Positions 1 through 10,189 of a stretch of DNA of 64,000 bases are shown one piece after another. The notes below the pieces were generated by a model, which saw nothing but the letters and a program-made list of their open reading frames with translations, was not told where the DNA came from and did no database searches. The stretch's first letter is position 1. Each line of letters opens with the position of its first letter. Origin of the DNA: Bacteroidales bacterium (GTDB lineage Bacteria; Bacteroidota; Bacteroidia; Bacteroidales; GCA-2748055); contig JAGLOO010000047.1 of NCBI GenBank assembly GCA_023138875.1, positions 26,056 to 90,055 on the forward strand, in the 5' to 3' direction. The position numbers were made by a program, and so were the translations under genes.

Positions 1-749
1 CAGATGGATCCTGCAGGCAACAGTTTGAATATCATCTCGCCTAGAAAATTCCTGAAATCCACAGGCAGTTTTCCGGTGATCTCGGAACTCATCTGCAAGA
101 GCTCACCGTGGTGGGTCCTGAGCTTTTCAATATACTTGAACCGCTTGACCCGAACGTTTGAGGCAATGATGCTGAGGTCATTTCTGATGAGGTCAACAAT
201 GGTATTGTGTTCAGCATCCTCCTTCTGATCAGATGTCAGCAACATATGTGCACCCGGAATATTTGCATCCATGGTGCCCTTCATTGGATTGGATGAGATG
301 GTCCTTCCACGGATGTTAATAAATCGCTCAGGACTGAAAATTACCAGTTTATCCGTTATATAAAGTTTATTGGTGGCCCTGCTGCTTACAAAAATATCCT
401 TTAGACTATAATTGGTTTGTACACGGGTGGGAAATGTCAGGTTCAGGAGGAAGGAGTTTCCGTAGTGGATCTGACCAATCACGTAGGAGAATGCTTCCTT
501 GTAGTATAAAGGATCGATGGGGTGCTTGCTGAATTGAATGGGTTTGGCCGGAGTTTCATTTAATGGATGGTTAATCATTCCTGGCATGTCCAGGTAAAAA
601 CCTGATCGGGCCGCCTCCGATGCAACGACCACGTAATTATGTTCACCGTCGAAGCTGATCAGAAAAACAAAAGGAACCTCCCTGGACGCATAATCATTGA
701 TCAATTCGATGGTCGTATTTCGTGACAAGCTCTCCAGTTCCTTCTTCAT
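1..749 (-). CDS. pabB: Chorismate-binding enzyme, most likely aminodeoxychorismate synthase component I (C-terminal part lies outside the window)
   Basis: Absent from the ORF track because it is truncated. My translation of the minus strand from the ATG at 749-747 gives MKKELESLSRNTTIELINDYASREVPFVFLISFDGE...GAHMLLTSDQKEDAEHNTIVDLIRNDLSIIASN..., which carries the AEHxxIVDLxRND motif of chorismate-utilising enzymes. The frame stays open to position 1. The start lies 3 nt after the upstream gene's stop. Confidence 0.6.
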   Translation of the reverse strand, partial: MKKELESLSRNTTIELINDYASREVPFVFLISFDGEHNYVVVASEAARSGFYLDMPGMINHPLNETPAKPIQFSKHPIDPLYYKEAFSYVIGQIHYGNSFLLNLTFPTRVQTNYSLKDIFVSSRATNKLYITDKLVIFSPERFINIRGRTISSNPMKGTMDANIPGAHMLLTSDQKEDAEHNTIVDLIRNDLSIIASNVRVKRFKYIEKLRTHHGELLQMSSEITGKLPVDFRNFLGEMIFKLLPAGSI

Positions 750-752
750 CTG

Positions 753-2813
753 TCAGGTGGCTTTTTGATTCCAGTCCAATGCAATCCTCGCAATATTTGT
801 GATATGACTATCGATGCTACTGAGTAGGGCGAGGATCTCCAGGTGTGTTTTGCTACTCTCAATGGATTCCTTCATACCTTCAAGTATGCGTGCATAATGT
901 TGCTTTTCCAATTCCTGTGAGAGTGATCTGTATTCTTTGTGTTTAGATTTCATCTTTGCAGCCTTTTGAAGATTGGTCTCCTCGAATACCACGAGGGCGC
1001 GTTTGAGCTGTTTCTCAATCTTTTGATGAAATTCCACCAGGTCCTTCTTCCCATCTTTTGAGAACTCATAATCTTTTACAGCCCACTTTTCCGCCCTGTT
1101 GGCGAGGCCGCCGGAAATAATATCTGCGATCTTTTCAAATTCATTCAATGAATAGAGCATCTGGAAAGATTCGTTGACCCGTTTACTGTTCACCGATTCC
1201 CGGCTGATCCCGAGCAGGTAATCCTTGATAGTGTCCCTCAGGTAATTTACTTCTTTCTCATGTATATAAACAGGATTCAGAGAGGAGGCGTCCTTATCCA
1301 GGAAGGGATGCAGCACCAGGGATAACATGGTCCTGACAATCATTCCCATCCTGATGATCTCTTGTTTGGCAAGGTTCAGGGCAAGGGATGGTGTGGTGAT
1401 CATGCTGTGATCCAGGTAAAGGGTAGTGAAACTTATTTTTTCATGTTCTTTTGTCCTGCCCATTATCCAGTCCACCAGGCTGGCCACCTTCGGTGTTACC
1501 GGAAGGACCACTATCATCAGTACAATATTGATAAAGGTATGTGCATTGGCGATGAGTCGGGGAAGGGACGCTTCCGGGGTAAGCTGAAGCAAGATCTTGC
1601 CCAGTTGCACAGTCCATCCCACGAAGATGAATACGCTTATCAGCTTGATTATTAAGAATGCCAGTGCCACTTTTTTTGCTTCCCGGCCTGCTTTTAGGCT
1701 GGAGAGAAGGGCTGTTACCGGTGTCCCCAGGTTGGATCCCAGGAGCAGCGGGATGGATGCATCAAGGGATATCAGGCCCTGGGAGGCCAGTACGATCATG
1801 ATCCCGATGAATGCACTGCTGGATTGGATCAGTGCCGTAAACGCTGCACCCACAAGGATACCCAGGAGGGGATTCTCCAGTTTCAACATCAGTTCAATAA
1901 ATGGGGTCCATTCCCGTATAGGAGCCATGGCATCCGACATGATTTGCATTCCGAAAAAGAGAACTCCAAAACCAAACAGGGAATAGCCAACCGATTTAAG
2001 CTGTTCCTTCTTTGAAAAAGCTTGCATAAAGAAACCCACAGCCACCAGCAGGAGACTGTATTCGGTGATTTTGAATGCAATCATCTGTGCGGTGATGGTT
2101 GTGCCTATGGCGGCACCCAGAAGCACCGGAATGGTCTGCCTGAATTGGAGCAGTTTAGCATTGACAAAACTGACCAGCATTACAGAAGTGGCACTGCTGC
2201 TCTGAATAATGGTGGTTACTACGGTGCCGATCCCTGCTCCAACAATGCGGTTGCGGGTGACATTTTCCAGAATGGACCGCATTCGTTCACCGGCAGATTG
2301 CTGCATTCCCTCGCTCATGGTATGCATGCCAAAGAGGAACAGTCCAAGACCGCCGAAAAGCCCAATAGTCAGCATGAGGATCCAGTTCCTGCGGTTGGCA
2401 GTGGCCTGAAAGATCACTTCGTTGTCAGGGAATCCTTCCCTGATCCTGCATGATACACGGTATGCACCCGGTTTTGAACCCAGAATAAGTTCCGTTTGTG
2501 CATGACCTGTAGAATCAGAGGTGATGATTTGATGACTGAGGCCGGCCCCTTTTGCCTGATCGGGTTGATAGATGATCCTGAAGGAAACCTGTATACCGTC
2601 AACCGGAACACCGAATTCATCAGTCACCCTTACCAGCACCGGTGATTGAAGCTGTTCATTGCATATTCCGGTTTTCGTTCCTGGTGCTGCTTCGTCCAGG
2701 GATATACTCAATTGTTTGAAAGCGGTATCCGGACCCAACGCAGTAGAGTCCCGGGAATATAAGGAAGGAATTATAAACCACAGAAATATGATGTATGCTA
2801 TAAGTCTGCCCAT
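753..2813 (-). CDS. Na/Pi cotransporter family protein with C-terminal PhoU-like helices and an extra N-terminal signal peptide plus Ig-like domain
   Basis: 686-aa ORF with multiple TM segments and duplicated QSSSA(T/F) motifs (IIQSSSATSVMLV, LIQSSSAFIGIMIV) typical of NptA-type transporters. The C-terminus is helical and PhoU-like. The N-terminal ~140 aa are beta-rich. Confidence 0.85.
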   Translation of the reverse strand: MGRLIAYIIFLWFIIPSLYSRDSTALGPDTAFKQLSISLDEAAPGTKTGICNEQLQSPVLVRVTDEFGVPVDGIQVSFRIIYQPDQAKGAGLSHQIITSDSTGHAQTELILGSKPGAYRVSCRIREGFPDNEVIFQATANRRNWILMLTIGLFGGLGLFLFGMHTMSEGMQQSAGERMRSILENVTRNRIVGAGIGTVVTTIIQSSSATSVMLVSFVNAKLLQFRQTIPVLLGAAIGTTITAQMIAFKITEYSLLLVAVGFFMQAFSKKEQLKSVGYSLFGFGVLFFGMQIMSDAMAPIREWTPFIELMLKLENPLLGILVGAAFTALIQSSSAFIGIMIVLASQGLISLDASIPLLLGSNLGTPVTALLSSLKAGREAKKVALAFLIIKLISVFIFVGWTVQLGKILLQLTPEASLPRLIANAHTFINIVLMIVVLPVTPKVASLVDWIMGRTKEHEKISFTTLYLDHSMITTPSLALNLAKQEIIRMGMIVRTMLSLVLHPFLDKDASSLNPVYIHEKEVNYLRDTIKDYLLGISRESVNSKRVNESFQMLYSLNEFEKIADIISGGLANRAEKWAVKDYEFSKDGKKDLVEFHQKIEKQLKRALVVFEETNLQKAAKMKSKHKEYRSLSQELEKQHYARILEGMKESIESSKTHLEILALLSSIDSHITNIARIALDWNQKAT

Positions 2814-2911
2814 GGTCCCGAATGATTATTCTCCGATTGAAACCATAAATATACAAATGAAACGCAATGGGTTTTGTACCTTTAATCATCAAATCAGTCA
2901 ATTTGCCATAT

Positions 2912-5212
2912 ATGAGACAGTTCTATATCCTTATCCTTGTGCTGTTCCCGGGTTATATGTCTGTGTTTTCCCAGGAAATGGGACTGAAGGAAAGCAAGGA
3001 ATTTAATAGCCTGGGCGACTATGCCAGGCTGGCACAATTTTCGCCTTACCGGAATTATTTTGCCTATACCATTGGTAATAATACCCTTCGGATCTATAAC
3101 CGGGACTGGGAGAAGGTATTTGAACACCAGGGAAATCCCAGGGCAGTGGGAGGGGTGTTCGCCTTTTCACCTGATGAGAAGTACCTGGCCTACGGACGTT
3201 ATAAAGGGAACAATGATATTGCCATTATTCGACTCGAAGACATGAAGGTAATCCAGGTAATTAACCGGCATTCTGAGTACATTACTCACCTGGAATTTAG
3301 CAACGACGGGGGTTTATTAGTGTCTACCTCATCGGATGGTAGCATGATCATCTGGCAGCATAGGAACGAAGCATTTCATATCCACCAGGTATTTAGTGAC
3401 TTCGAAACCTACCCGAATGAATCGAGTTTCAGCTTTGATGACCGATTCCTGGTGACAGGGGATACCCGGGGCCATGTGCTGGTATTGAAGCGCAGGGAAT
3501 CCACATATGAAAAATTCCAGGAATTCCAGTATCGCAGGCATAGTGTGAAAACTGTGGTTTTTAACCCTAAAGTGGATGAATTTGTGACAGGATCCCTCTA
3601 CGGTTTAAGGAGGTACAGGTTACAGAGTGACGCATTTGTGTTCACCGACTCTGTGGATGACAAAGCCAATGTCGACAATCCGGTCTGTTTCAGTCCTGAC
3701 GGCAGGTACCTGGGAACGTCCAACTACCAGACTGCAGTGATATTCAGGGTATCAACAGACTCCATTTACCCGGTGGATTTTGTATTCAGGCATATGGATA
3801 ATGTATTTGGGGCCACCTTTTCGGAAGACGGAGAGTTTTTCACCACCTTCAGCAGTGATCAACGGGTCATTGTATGGGAAATCGATCATATAAATCCTTC
3901 CGATAAATCCCGGGTCGTGTCATGGCTCAACGCTGATCTTTCACTGGCTCAGCGTCACGCACTGACTCCTTATACAGTGGGCCAGATCATTGGCGCGGTC
4001 GATAAATTTCTGATGCTGCCAAGGGATGAGTTTGAAACATCTGTAGAGTACAATGAGCGGTTGGAAAAGCTCAGTGATTGGACATTGATGATGCTTCAGA
4101 AGGAAATGGAAAGCCTATACAGTGTTCGATCCAGGTCCGGCATGATCGAAATCCCCATCCAGGGCCTGGTGGGTTACAATGCAGATCTTCAAATCTATAA
4201 GATCAAATTCATGGGGACCGAAGCAGGTGTGAGTATTCCCATTCCTGCTGCCCGGAATTTCAAGGAACAGTGGAAAAAAGGGTACATCAGGGCAACAAAA
4301 GAACGCAGTGCTGACGGGGAGAGCTACCGGTATGGGTCTTTCGAGCTTTATAATCCTGCTGATAAAAAGTATTATGTTTTGAATCCACTGGAAAATCCTT
4401 TTCATCTGGAGAATGAAGAGAAGGTGATCCGATCGACCTTCCGGGCTGAACCCGGTAGCGATAGCCTGACGGTAAAGGGAAAAGGTACTACCTATGCATT
4501 GATGTTTGCCTCCAATGTGTATGATTATTATGCAGACCTGGTAAATCCGGTACTGGATGCGCAGACCATTGCCGCTGAGCTGGGAGACAGTTATGGAGTG
4601 GTTTCAGAGGTTGTGATCAATCCAACCCTCTCTGAGACTGCATCGGTCATCAGAGAATTTGCATCCCGGGCTTACAATCCGGAAGATAACCTGATGGTCT
4701 TTTTTGCCGGACATGGGGTGTATGATGAAGTATTCAGGGAAGGGTATGTCATTTCGCGGGATTCCCGCATGGATGATCTGGGCAAGACCTCCTACCTATC
4801 CCATTCCAACCTGCGGACCATGATCAATAACATCGATTGTCCCCATATTTTCCTGGTGATGGATGTCTGTTTCGGGGGCACTTTTGATCCCCATCTGGCT
4901 TCCATGCACCGGGGTGCACCGGCAGTTTATGCAGACATTTCTACACAGGAGTTTGTGGAGCGGAAACTGAAGTACAAAACCCGCCTGTACCTGACTTCCG
5001 GGGGGAAAGAGTATGTGCCCGATGGAAGACCGGGTTTCCATTCTCCCTTTGCCAGGCGTTTTATTGAATCACTGCGCTACTATGGTGGGGATGACGGCGT
5101 GCTGACCACTTCTGAAATACTCCAGTTTGTAGAAAAGGTAAATCCCCAACCCAGGTTTGGTGAGTTTGGGGATAATGAACCTGGCAGCGATTTTATCCTG
5201 GTGGTACGGTAG
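2912..5212 (+). CDS. Secreted WD40-repeat / caspase-like (peptidase C14) fusion protein
   Basis: The ORF track starts at 2867. The ATG at 2912 gives a signal-peptide-like start, MRQFYILILVLFPGYMSVFSQ. WD40-like repeats are present (LEFSNDGGLLVSTSSDGSMIIWQ, FSEDGEFFTTFSSDQRVIVWEI, among others). The C-terminal caspase fold has His in FFAGHGV (codon at 4712-4714) and Cys in VMDVCFGG (codon at 4868-4870). Confidence 0.8.
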   Translation: MRQFYILILVLFPGYMSVFSQEMGLKESKEFNSLGDYARLAQFSPYRNYFAYTIGNNTLRIYNRDWEKVFEHQGNPRAVGGVFAFSPDEKYLAYGRYKGNNDIAIIRLEDMKVIQVINRHSEYITHLEFSNDGGLLVSTSSDGSMIIWQHRNEAFHIHQVFSDFETYPNESSFSFDDRFLVTGDTRGHVLVLKRRESTYEKFQEFQYRRHSVKTVVFNPKVDEFVTGSLYGLRRYRLQSDAFVFTDSVDDKANVDNPVCFSPDGRYLGTSNYQTAVIFRVSTDSIYPVDFVFRHMDNVFGATFSEDGEFFTTFSSDQRVIVWEIDHINPSDKSRVVSWLNADLSLAQRHALTPYTVGQIIGAVDKFLMLPRDEFETSVEYNERLEKLSDWTLMMLQKEMESLYSVRSRSGMIEIPIQGLVGYNADLQIYKIKFMGTEAGVSIPIPAARNFKEQWKKGYIRATKERSADGESYRYGSFELYNPADKKYYVLNPLENPFHLENEEKVIRSTFRAEPGSDSLTVKGKGTTYALMFASNVYDYYADLVNPVLDAQTIAAELGDSYGVVSEVVINPTLSETASVIREFASRAYNPEDNLMVFFAGHGVYDEVFREGYVISRDSRMDDLGKTSYLSHSNLRTMINNIDCPHIFLVMDVCFGGTFDPHLASMHRGAPAVYADISTQEFVERKLKYKTRLYLTSGGKEYVPDGRPGFHSPFARRFIESLRYYGGDDGVLTTSEILQFVEKVNPQPRFGEFGDNEPGSDFILVVR

Positions 5213-5267
5213 CAGGTACGTTTCAGCTGATGCTATCTATTCGCTTTCGTGTGAAGCTGTTTCGAAG

Positions 5268-5741
5268 TTACTCATCCAGTGATTTCGCCTCTTCGCGGTT
5301 CAGTTTAGCCATCCTTACCACCTTTTCTTTTGTAATGGTATTCAATGAAAGGACCACAATACAAAGGATGAAGATGACCAGTTGTTTGGCGTCCTTCAGC
5401 AGGATCAGGCCTACAATCGAAAAAAGTGCTGCACCTTCAATCATTGCCCAGCGGATGATCATGGCTGACTGGAATTGCTCAAATTTTCTCGAAAAGGGAT
5501 CGCCTGGCTCAATGGCCGCCATCTTTCTGTTTGAGATCATATAGCCTGCGGGAATAGAACCAAGCAGTAAAACGTTCACAATCGTCAGTATATCTACCTT
5601 ATCCTTAAAATCTGGTATTGCCATACCATTGAGGTAAACGCCTACAATAAAGAATATCAACAGGCCGGTATTCAGGGAATAAAAGATAATCCTTAAAGTC
5701 CTGTATGCCTGCCGTGGATGAAAATCCTGTCCTATCATCAT
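5268..5741 (-). CDS. Hypothetical small integral membrane protein (about 4 TM)
   Basis: 157-aa ORF with hydrophobic segments. It starts 1 nt after the stop of the upstream gene on the same strand. No motif recognised. Confidence 0.55.
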   Translation of the reverse strand: MMIGQDFHPRQAYRTLRIIFYSLNTGLLIFFIVGVYLNGMAIPDFKDKVDILTIVNVLLLGSIPAGYMISNRKMAAIEPGDPFSRKFEQFQSAMIIRWAMIEGAALFSIVGLILLKDAKQLVIFILCIVVLSLNTITKEKVVRMAKLNREEAKSLDE

Positions 5742-5742
5742 C

Positions 5743-6819
5743 TTATCTGTTTTGGTTGATCAATCCTTTCATCATCTCACAGCCCAATCCGGCGCACTGA
5801 TCGACAAAATCAATGCCTACGGTTTGTCCGTTGACCACTGGCAGCGGATGGCATAACTCATAGCTGAAATATCCTGTATAACCGATATCACTCATGGCTT
5901 GGACGAATTGCGGGTAAAATTCCTCCCTGATGATATTGCCATCAGTATCCCTTTCTTTTTTGTATTCCTGAATATCAATTACTTTACCATCCTTATCGCG
6001 TCCAAATTCACCCCCAAAGTGAGTCAGTACCTGCAATGGTCCGACAGCTTTTGCAGCTGCATTGATGTTTTCAGCACTCTTATCATCCATTATCGGTGCA
6101 TCCAGACAAACTTTCAAATTAGGAGAATCCACCTCTTCAACCATTCGCATCACATCTCTCCAGTCATTGATAACAGGTTTGTGATTCTGAAGAGCCAGGG
6201 TTACGCCATAATCTCCCGCGTATTTGCTGCACTCAATCAATCCTTCGCGGCACCAATTCCAGGTTTCTTCCGCAGTGAACTGGTAATGAGTATGCTGCCA
6301 GATATCATGGGCTATATCATAACGGCCCGGGTGAAGTGTTACACCTGGCCATCCGAGGAATACACGCAGAGGTTTAACACCAAGGTCTGAGGTCATACGG
6401 ATCAGATCGCGCACATAGACAATCTGACATTCCCTGTGTTCAGGAATAGGGCTGCTGAAATCATTGTTGGCGGAAACAGCAAAAATCTCCTGGTCCTGAT
6501 CTTCGGCTTTAGCTTTCAGTTCCTTGCATCTTTTTGCAGGCATATCAAGAGGGTTTCCATGTGGTCGCTTGCCGTCAATTTCGATACCGTCAAATCCCAG
6601 TTTTTTGGATCTTACTATCATTTCGTCCAACGTCAATGCTTTTCCGCTGTACCAGACTCCAAGATATGAAATGCTGTAAAGTCCTACCTTAGGTTTTGCA
6701 TTTGCCTTATCAGGTATTACCAAAGAAGGTATGGCTGACGTACCTAAACCAATTGCTGCAGCGCCAACTGCCGTGTTGCGAATGAAATCGCGTCTTTTAA
6801 TTGAATTTGAGCTGCTCAT
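5743..6819 (-). CDS. Sugar phosphate isomerase/epimerase (xylose-isomerase-like TIM barrel) with a Tat signal
   Basis: The N-terminus, MSSSNSIKRRDFIRNTAVGAAAIGLG, is a twin-arginine signal. The body resembles AP-endonuclease-2/xylose-isomerase-like TIM barrel proteins (LGFDGIEIDGKRPHG...). Confidence 0.7.
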   Translation of the reverse strand: MSSSNSIKRRDFIRNTAVGAAAIGLGTSAIPSLVIPDKANAKPKVGLYSISYLGVWYSGKALTLDEMIVRSKKLGFDGIEIDGKRPHGNPLDMPAKRCKELKAKAEDQDQEIFAVSANNDFSSPIPEHRECQIVYVRDLIRMTSDLGVKPLRVFLGWPGVTLHPGRYDIAHDIWQHTHYQFTAEETWNWCREGLIECSKYAGDYGVTLALQNHKPVINDWRDVMRMVEEVDSPNLKVCLDAPIMDDKSAENINAAAKAVGPLQVLTHFGGEFGRDKDGKVIDIQEYKKERDTDGNIIREEFYPQFVQAMSDIGYTGYFSYELCHPLPVVNGQTVGIDFVDQCAGLGCEMMKGLINQNR

Positions 6820-6968
6820 TTTATTTAGTTGATAAGTAGCTAATAAATTTACTTCCGGATAAATTTAAAGTCAAGTATTTGCCGTTTTTTATTTTTTCGA
6901 AACTGAAAAATCCATGTGATATTTCTCTCTCTTTGCTTTGGCAGATCCTTAGGTCCCTTGTTCAAAAT

Positions 6969-8168
6969 CTATTTACACGGCTTTTGAGGAAGATTATTCA
7001 TGTCAGGTTTATAATACCGAGCCACAAAATAGTAGGGATCGCCCGCATTAACAGGCATCCAATATGTACCATCTTGAGGATCTTCCACACTAAATGTGAT
7101 AGTTACATTGCCATTAGCATCTGGTTCGGTATTGTATGCGTTAAAAATATCGTTTTTTCCAGGTAGGGTATTCCTGTTTAATGCATTGTAACGAGTAACT
7201 GACCAGAACAACTCGACACCTTCAGGTTTGTATGGAAAAGTAAAGACTTCTGTCTGATCTCCATTAAGAACCTCATTGTCGCAGTTAGCGAAATAGGGTG
7301 CATAAAAAGCATGCTCAGCCGGAAGTCCAAGGTGACCTACTATTGCTCCTGCTCTGACTTCAGGATCGTCACTATTGGGCTCTTTGCTATCAATAGGCCC
7401 AAACATACCAATATTACCTGTAAACTTGGGAGCGATAAAGCCAAGATAATCACTTACTCTTTTATAATCTTCTTTGCTGAAGTCAGTTACAGTTGCCAAA
7501 ATACCCTTGTTTTGTGGGTAGATATCGTGGGTTTCAATGGTATGGATTATTGGATTTTCAATGGTTAGCTCTTTGCTTATTCCAGTAAGCACTATTTTTT
7601 CCTGAATGGCCAGAGTATTTACCATATCCTCAGCAGTTTTAACCTGGATGCGAATGAAGAGATGAGGGTAATCACCCGGACTTTCAATCACTTTTGCATC
7701 TTCAGGTACTACCATATCTTTTCCTTTACGCACAAAAGCGTATTTACCAACAGGGTGAATTTCATCATAAATGGTATAATGCTCCTGGTCGGTAATATGG
7801 ATGGAATAATATCTATCATCTGTGACATCAGGGAACTCTACTACAGCAGGACCGCTGGTAAGATCGATTACTGCTTTTGAATAGAGGTGATCAAGTGCAG
7901 GTGTAACTACCGGATCGGTTCCTTCAGTAGGCAATTGTTTTGTATGTAGCAATTTATTTGTACCACCTGCCTGTTTAGCCGTTGTTTCCATATACACCGC
8001 ATGGTGGTATACTTTAAATGCATGAAGTTCTGCATCAGTTGGTCGTTCAGGCGTAGAAACCTCTTCTGTTTTTTGAGTATCAGTTTCTTCCTTTTTGGTT
8101 TGCGTCCCACAGGCGAATAAGCCAAAAGTCAGGACAGTGACGAGTGTGATTTGTGTGATTTTTTTCAT
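6969..8168 (-). CDS. Lipoprotein, DUF1254/DUF1214-like
   Basis: Lipobox in MKKITQITLVTVLTFGLFACGT. The DRYYSIHITDQEHYTIYDE region resembles the DUF1254 signature. The assignment is from memory only. Confidence 0.5.
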   Translation of the reverse strand: MKKITQITLVTVLTFGLFACGTQTKKEETDTQKTEEVSTPERPTDAELHAFKVYHHAVYMETTAKQAGGTNKLLHTKQLPTEGTDPVVTPALDHLYSKAVIDLTSGPAVVEFPDVTDDRYYSIHITDQEHYTIYDEIHPVGKYAFVRKGKDMVVPEDAKVIESPGDYPHLFIRIQVKTAEDMVNTLAIQEKIVLTGISKELTIENPIIHTIETHDIYPQNKGILATVTDFSKEDYKRVSDYLGFIAPKFTGNIGMFGPIDSKEPNSDDPEVRAGAIVGHLGLPAEHAFYAPYFANCDNEVLNGDQTEVFTFPYKPEGVELFWSVTRYNALNRNTLPGKNDIFNAYNTEPDANGNVTITFSVEDPQDGTYWMPVNAGDPYYFVARYYKPDMNNLPQKPCK

Positions 8169-8440
8169 CTTTATTAGGTTAGGATTAATGTTTTATCAAT
8201 GGATAAGCTTTATAAAGTGATCATATTCTTTATGCCCTAGCGTGAGTTTATTACGACACGATGGAAATATCGCCATAACAAGCAGATAAACATAAAGTTA
8301 CACCTCATTTATTTGTATACACCAACAAGTCATTTTCTTTAGTCATTCATTATGAGCATTTTCCACAATGAAGGTGCCATATTACTCTATTTATTAGTCT
8401 ATTACAATATTACTTGTTAACAATTAGGCCCAGTAATCAA

Positions 8441-9046
8441 TTAAAAGTAATAACGGAATTTCAATCGAACAGCTGTACCCCAACCTTCAATGGCTGTTTC
8501 TTGGATGTCTGGACCATTTTTGTATTCTGACTTACCTTTCAAGCGAAGCAGATTGTATTCGCAGCCTAATCTAAACTTATCCACAATTTTATATTCTAAT
8601 CCAACTGTGGGTCCTATTCTTGACTGACCAGATTCATTTTCACGCGTATCAGGATAATCAATATTTGTATAGTCGCTTATAGTTCTCTTATAATCGATGA
8701 ATAATCCTAAGTAGGGAGTTATTTTATTTGAATTAATTAGCCAATATGTCCCTATACTGTAATTAATACTCTTTGAGTTCGAAATTCTACTACCGTTCTC
8801 GGAATCGGAATTATTAGAATTAAAACCGATGCCTGGTTCAATTCGAAGTGAATTAAATAATTCAACGCTTACCATCACATTGGGTGGTGGAATTATGGGG
8901 TAATACTCAAAGCCTGAAAACTCTAGGTCAATGCCAATTCCGACTCTTAATTGAGAATCTTTCTCGTCCGTGGATTGAGAATATCCTATACTGCTGTTTG
9001 ACAACATGATAAGGATAGATACGAATGCAATGAAGTAATTTTTCAT
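8441..9046 (-). CDS. Small outer-membrane beta-barrel (porin-family) protein
   Basis: Signal peptide, alternating beta-strand pattern, and a C-terminal ...RLKFRYYF ending in Phe as in OMP sorting signals. The gene is low in GC. Confidence 0.55.
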   Translation of the reverse strand: MKNYFIAFVSILIMLSNSSIGYSQSTDEKDSQLRVGIGIDLEFSGFEYYPIIPPPNVMVSVELFNSLRIEPGIGFNSNNSDSENGSRISNSKSINYSIGTYWLINSNKITPYLGLFIDYKRTISDYTNIDYPDTRENESGQSRIGPTVGLEYKIVDKFRLGCEYNLLRLKGKSEYKNGPDIQETAIEGWGTAVRLKFRYYF

Positions 9047-9199
9047 ATTTTATTATTATTGGGCAATAACATTTAGTTTAAGAATAGTAGCCGATTACGG
9101 GCTTCATTCCTGTCAAGTTACAAGTAAATTGATGCGGGCTACTACCCTTTAAATTAATACTATCTCGGCTATTATTTTTATACATTGTGTGTAGTTTTA

Positions 9200-9796
9200 T
9201 TATGCTAATTTCTGTAATTCATTTTTTAAGTTTACCTTTTCTTTTAAATGAATTGTTTTAAAACCAAGTTTATTGGCAGCTTTAATATTTTCCTGATTGT
9301 CATCAATAAACAATGATTCATTCGCTATTAATCCATACCGAGTAAGTAACAATTTATAAATTCTTGCATCAGGTTTTACAATTTTCTCTGTTCCTGAAAC
9401 TACGATACCTTCAAATTCTTTAAAAAAAGGATATTGATTATATACTATAGGAAAGGCTTCATCCGACCAATTAGTGAGTCCAAATAAGCGATATTTATTT
9501 TTCAAATCCTCTATTAGAACCACGTTTTCTTCGATTGCTCCTCCAATCATTTTTAGCCAATTAGAATAATAATTCCTAATCTCATTTTCGTATTGAGGAA
9601 ATTTATTTACTAATTCTTTAGTGGCTTCATTGAAAGAGCGACCAGCATCTTGTTTGAGATTCCATACAGGACTGCAAATTTTCTCTAAAAAGAATTCCAT
9701 CTCAATTTCATCGTGAAACACATTGCGATACAGGTATCTTGGATTCCAATCAATTAGTACACCTCCAAAATCAAATATTATATTTTTAATTCCCAT
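9200..9796 (-). CDS. HAD-superfamily hydrolase (subfamily IA)
   Basis: HAD motif I at the N-terminus (IIFDFGGVLIDW) and a C-terminal FIDDNQENI motif IV. Confidence 0.8.
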   Translation of the reverse strand: MGIKNIIFDFGGVLIDWNPRYLYRNVFHDEIEMEFFLEKICSPVWNLKQDAGRSFNEATKELVNKFPQYENEIRNYYSNWLKMIGGAIEENVVLIEDLKNKYRLFGLTNWSDEAFPIVYNQYPFFKEFEGIVVSGTEKIVKPDARIYKLLLTRYGLIANESLFIDDNQENIKAANKLGFKTIHLKEKVNLKNELQKLA

Positions 9797-9799
9797 AAT

Positions 9800-10189
9800 C
9801 TATTCTGTGATTTCAACCCAATTACCTTCACAATCTTCAATAACACTTTCATAATAACCATCTCCTGTTGTTCTAGTCTCTCCAACAATTTTAAATCCAT
9901 CAAAACGCAATTTTTCAGTTAGCTTATCAACTTTCCTTTTACTCCCGACTGATATTGAAAAATGAGTTAATCCGAAAGAAGTAGAATTTTCGCCACACAG
10001 CTCTGTAATAGCAGGTCGGCTCATGATTTCTATTCGGGTTGATGCTCCTTCGAACGATAAAAAATAGGAAGAAAAGCTCTTTTTGATGTTGGTGTATTTT
10101 TCGCTACACTTCATTTCAAAATACTTGATATAAAATTCTTTTACTTCTTCTAAATCATGTACCCAAATTGCTAAATGTTCTATTCTCAT
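9800..10189 (-). CDS. VOC/glyoxalase-family protein
   Basis: 129 aa. MRIEHLAIWVHDLEEVKEFY is a typical glyoxalase/bleomycin-resistance fold start, and the C-terminus DCEGNWVEITE fits the family. It lies 3 nt upstream of the HAD gene. Confidence 0.7.
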   Translation of the reverse strand: MRIEHLAIWVHDLEEVKEFYIKYFEMKCSEKYTNIKKSFSSYFLSFEGASTRIEIMSRPAITELCGENSTSFGLTHFSISVGSKRKVDKLTEKLRFDGFKIVGETRTTGDGYYESVIEDCEGNWVEITE

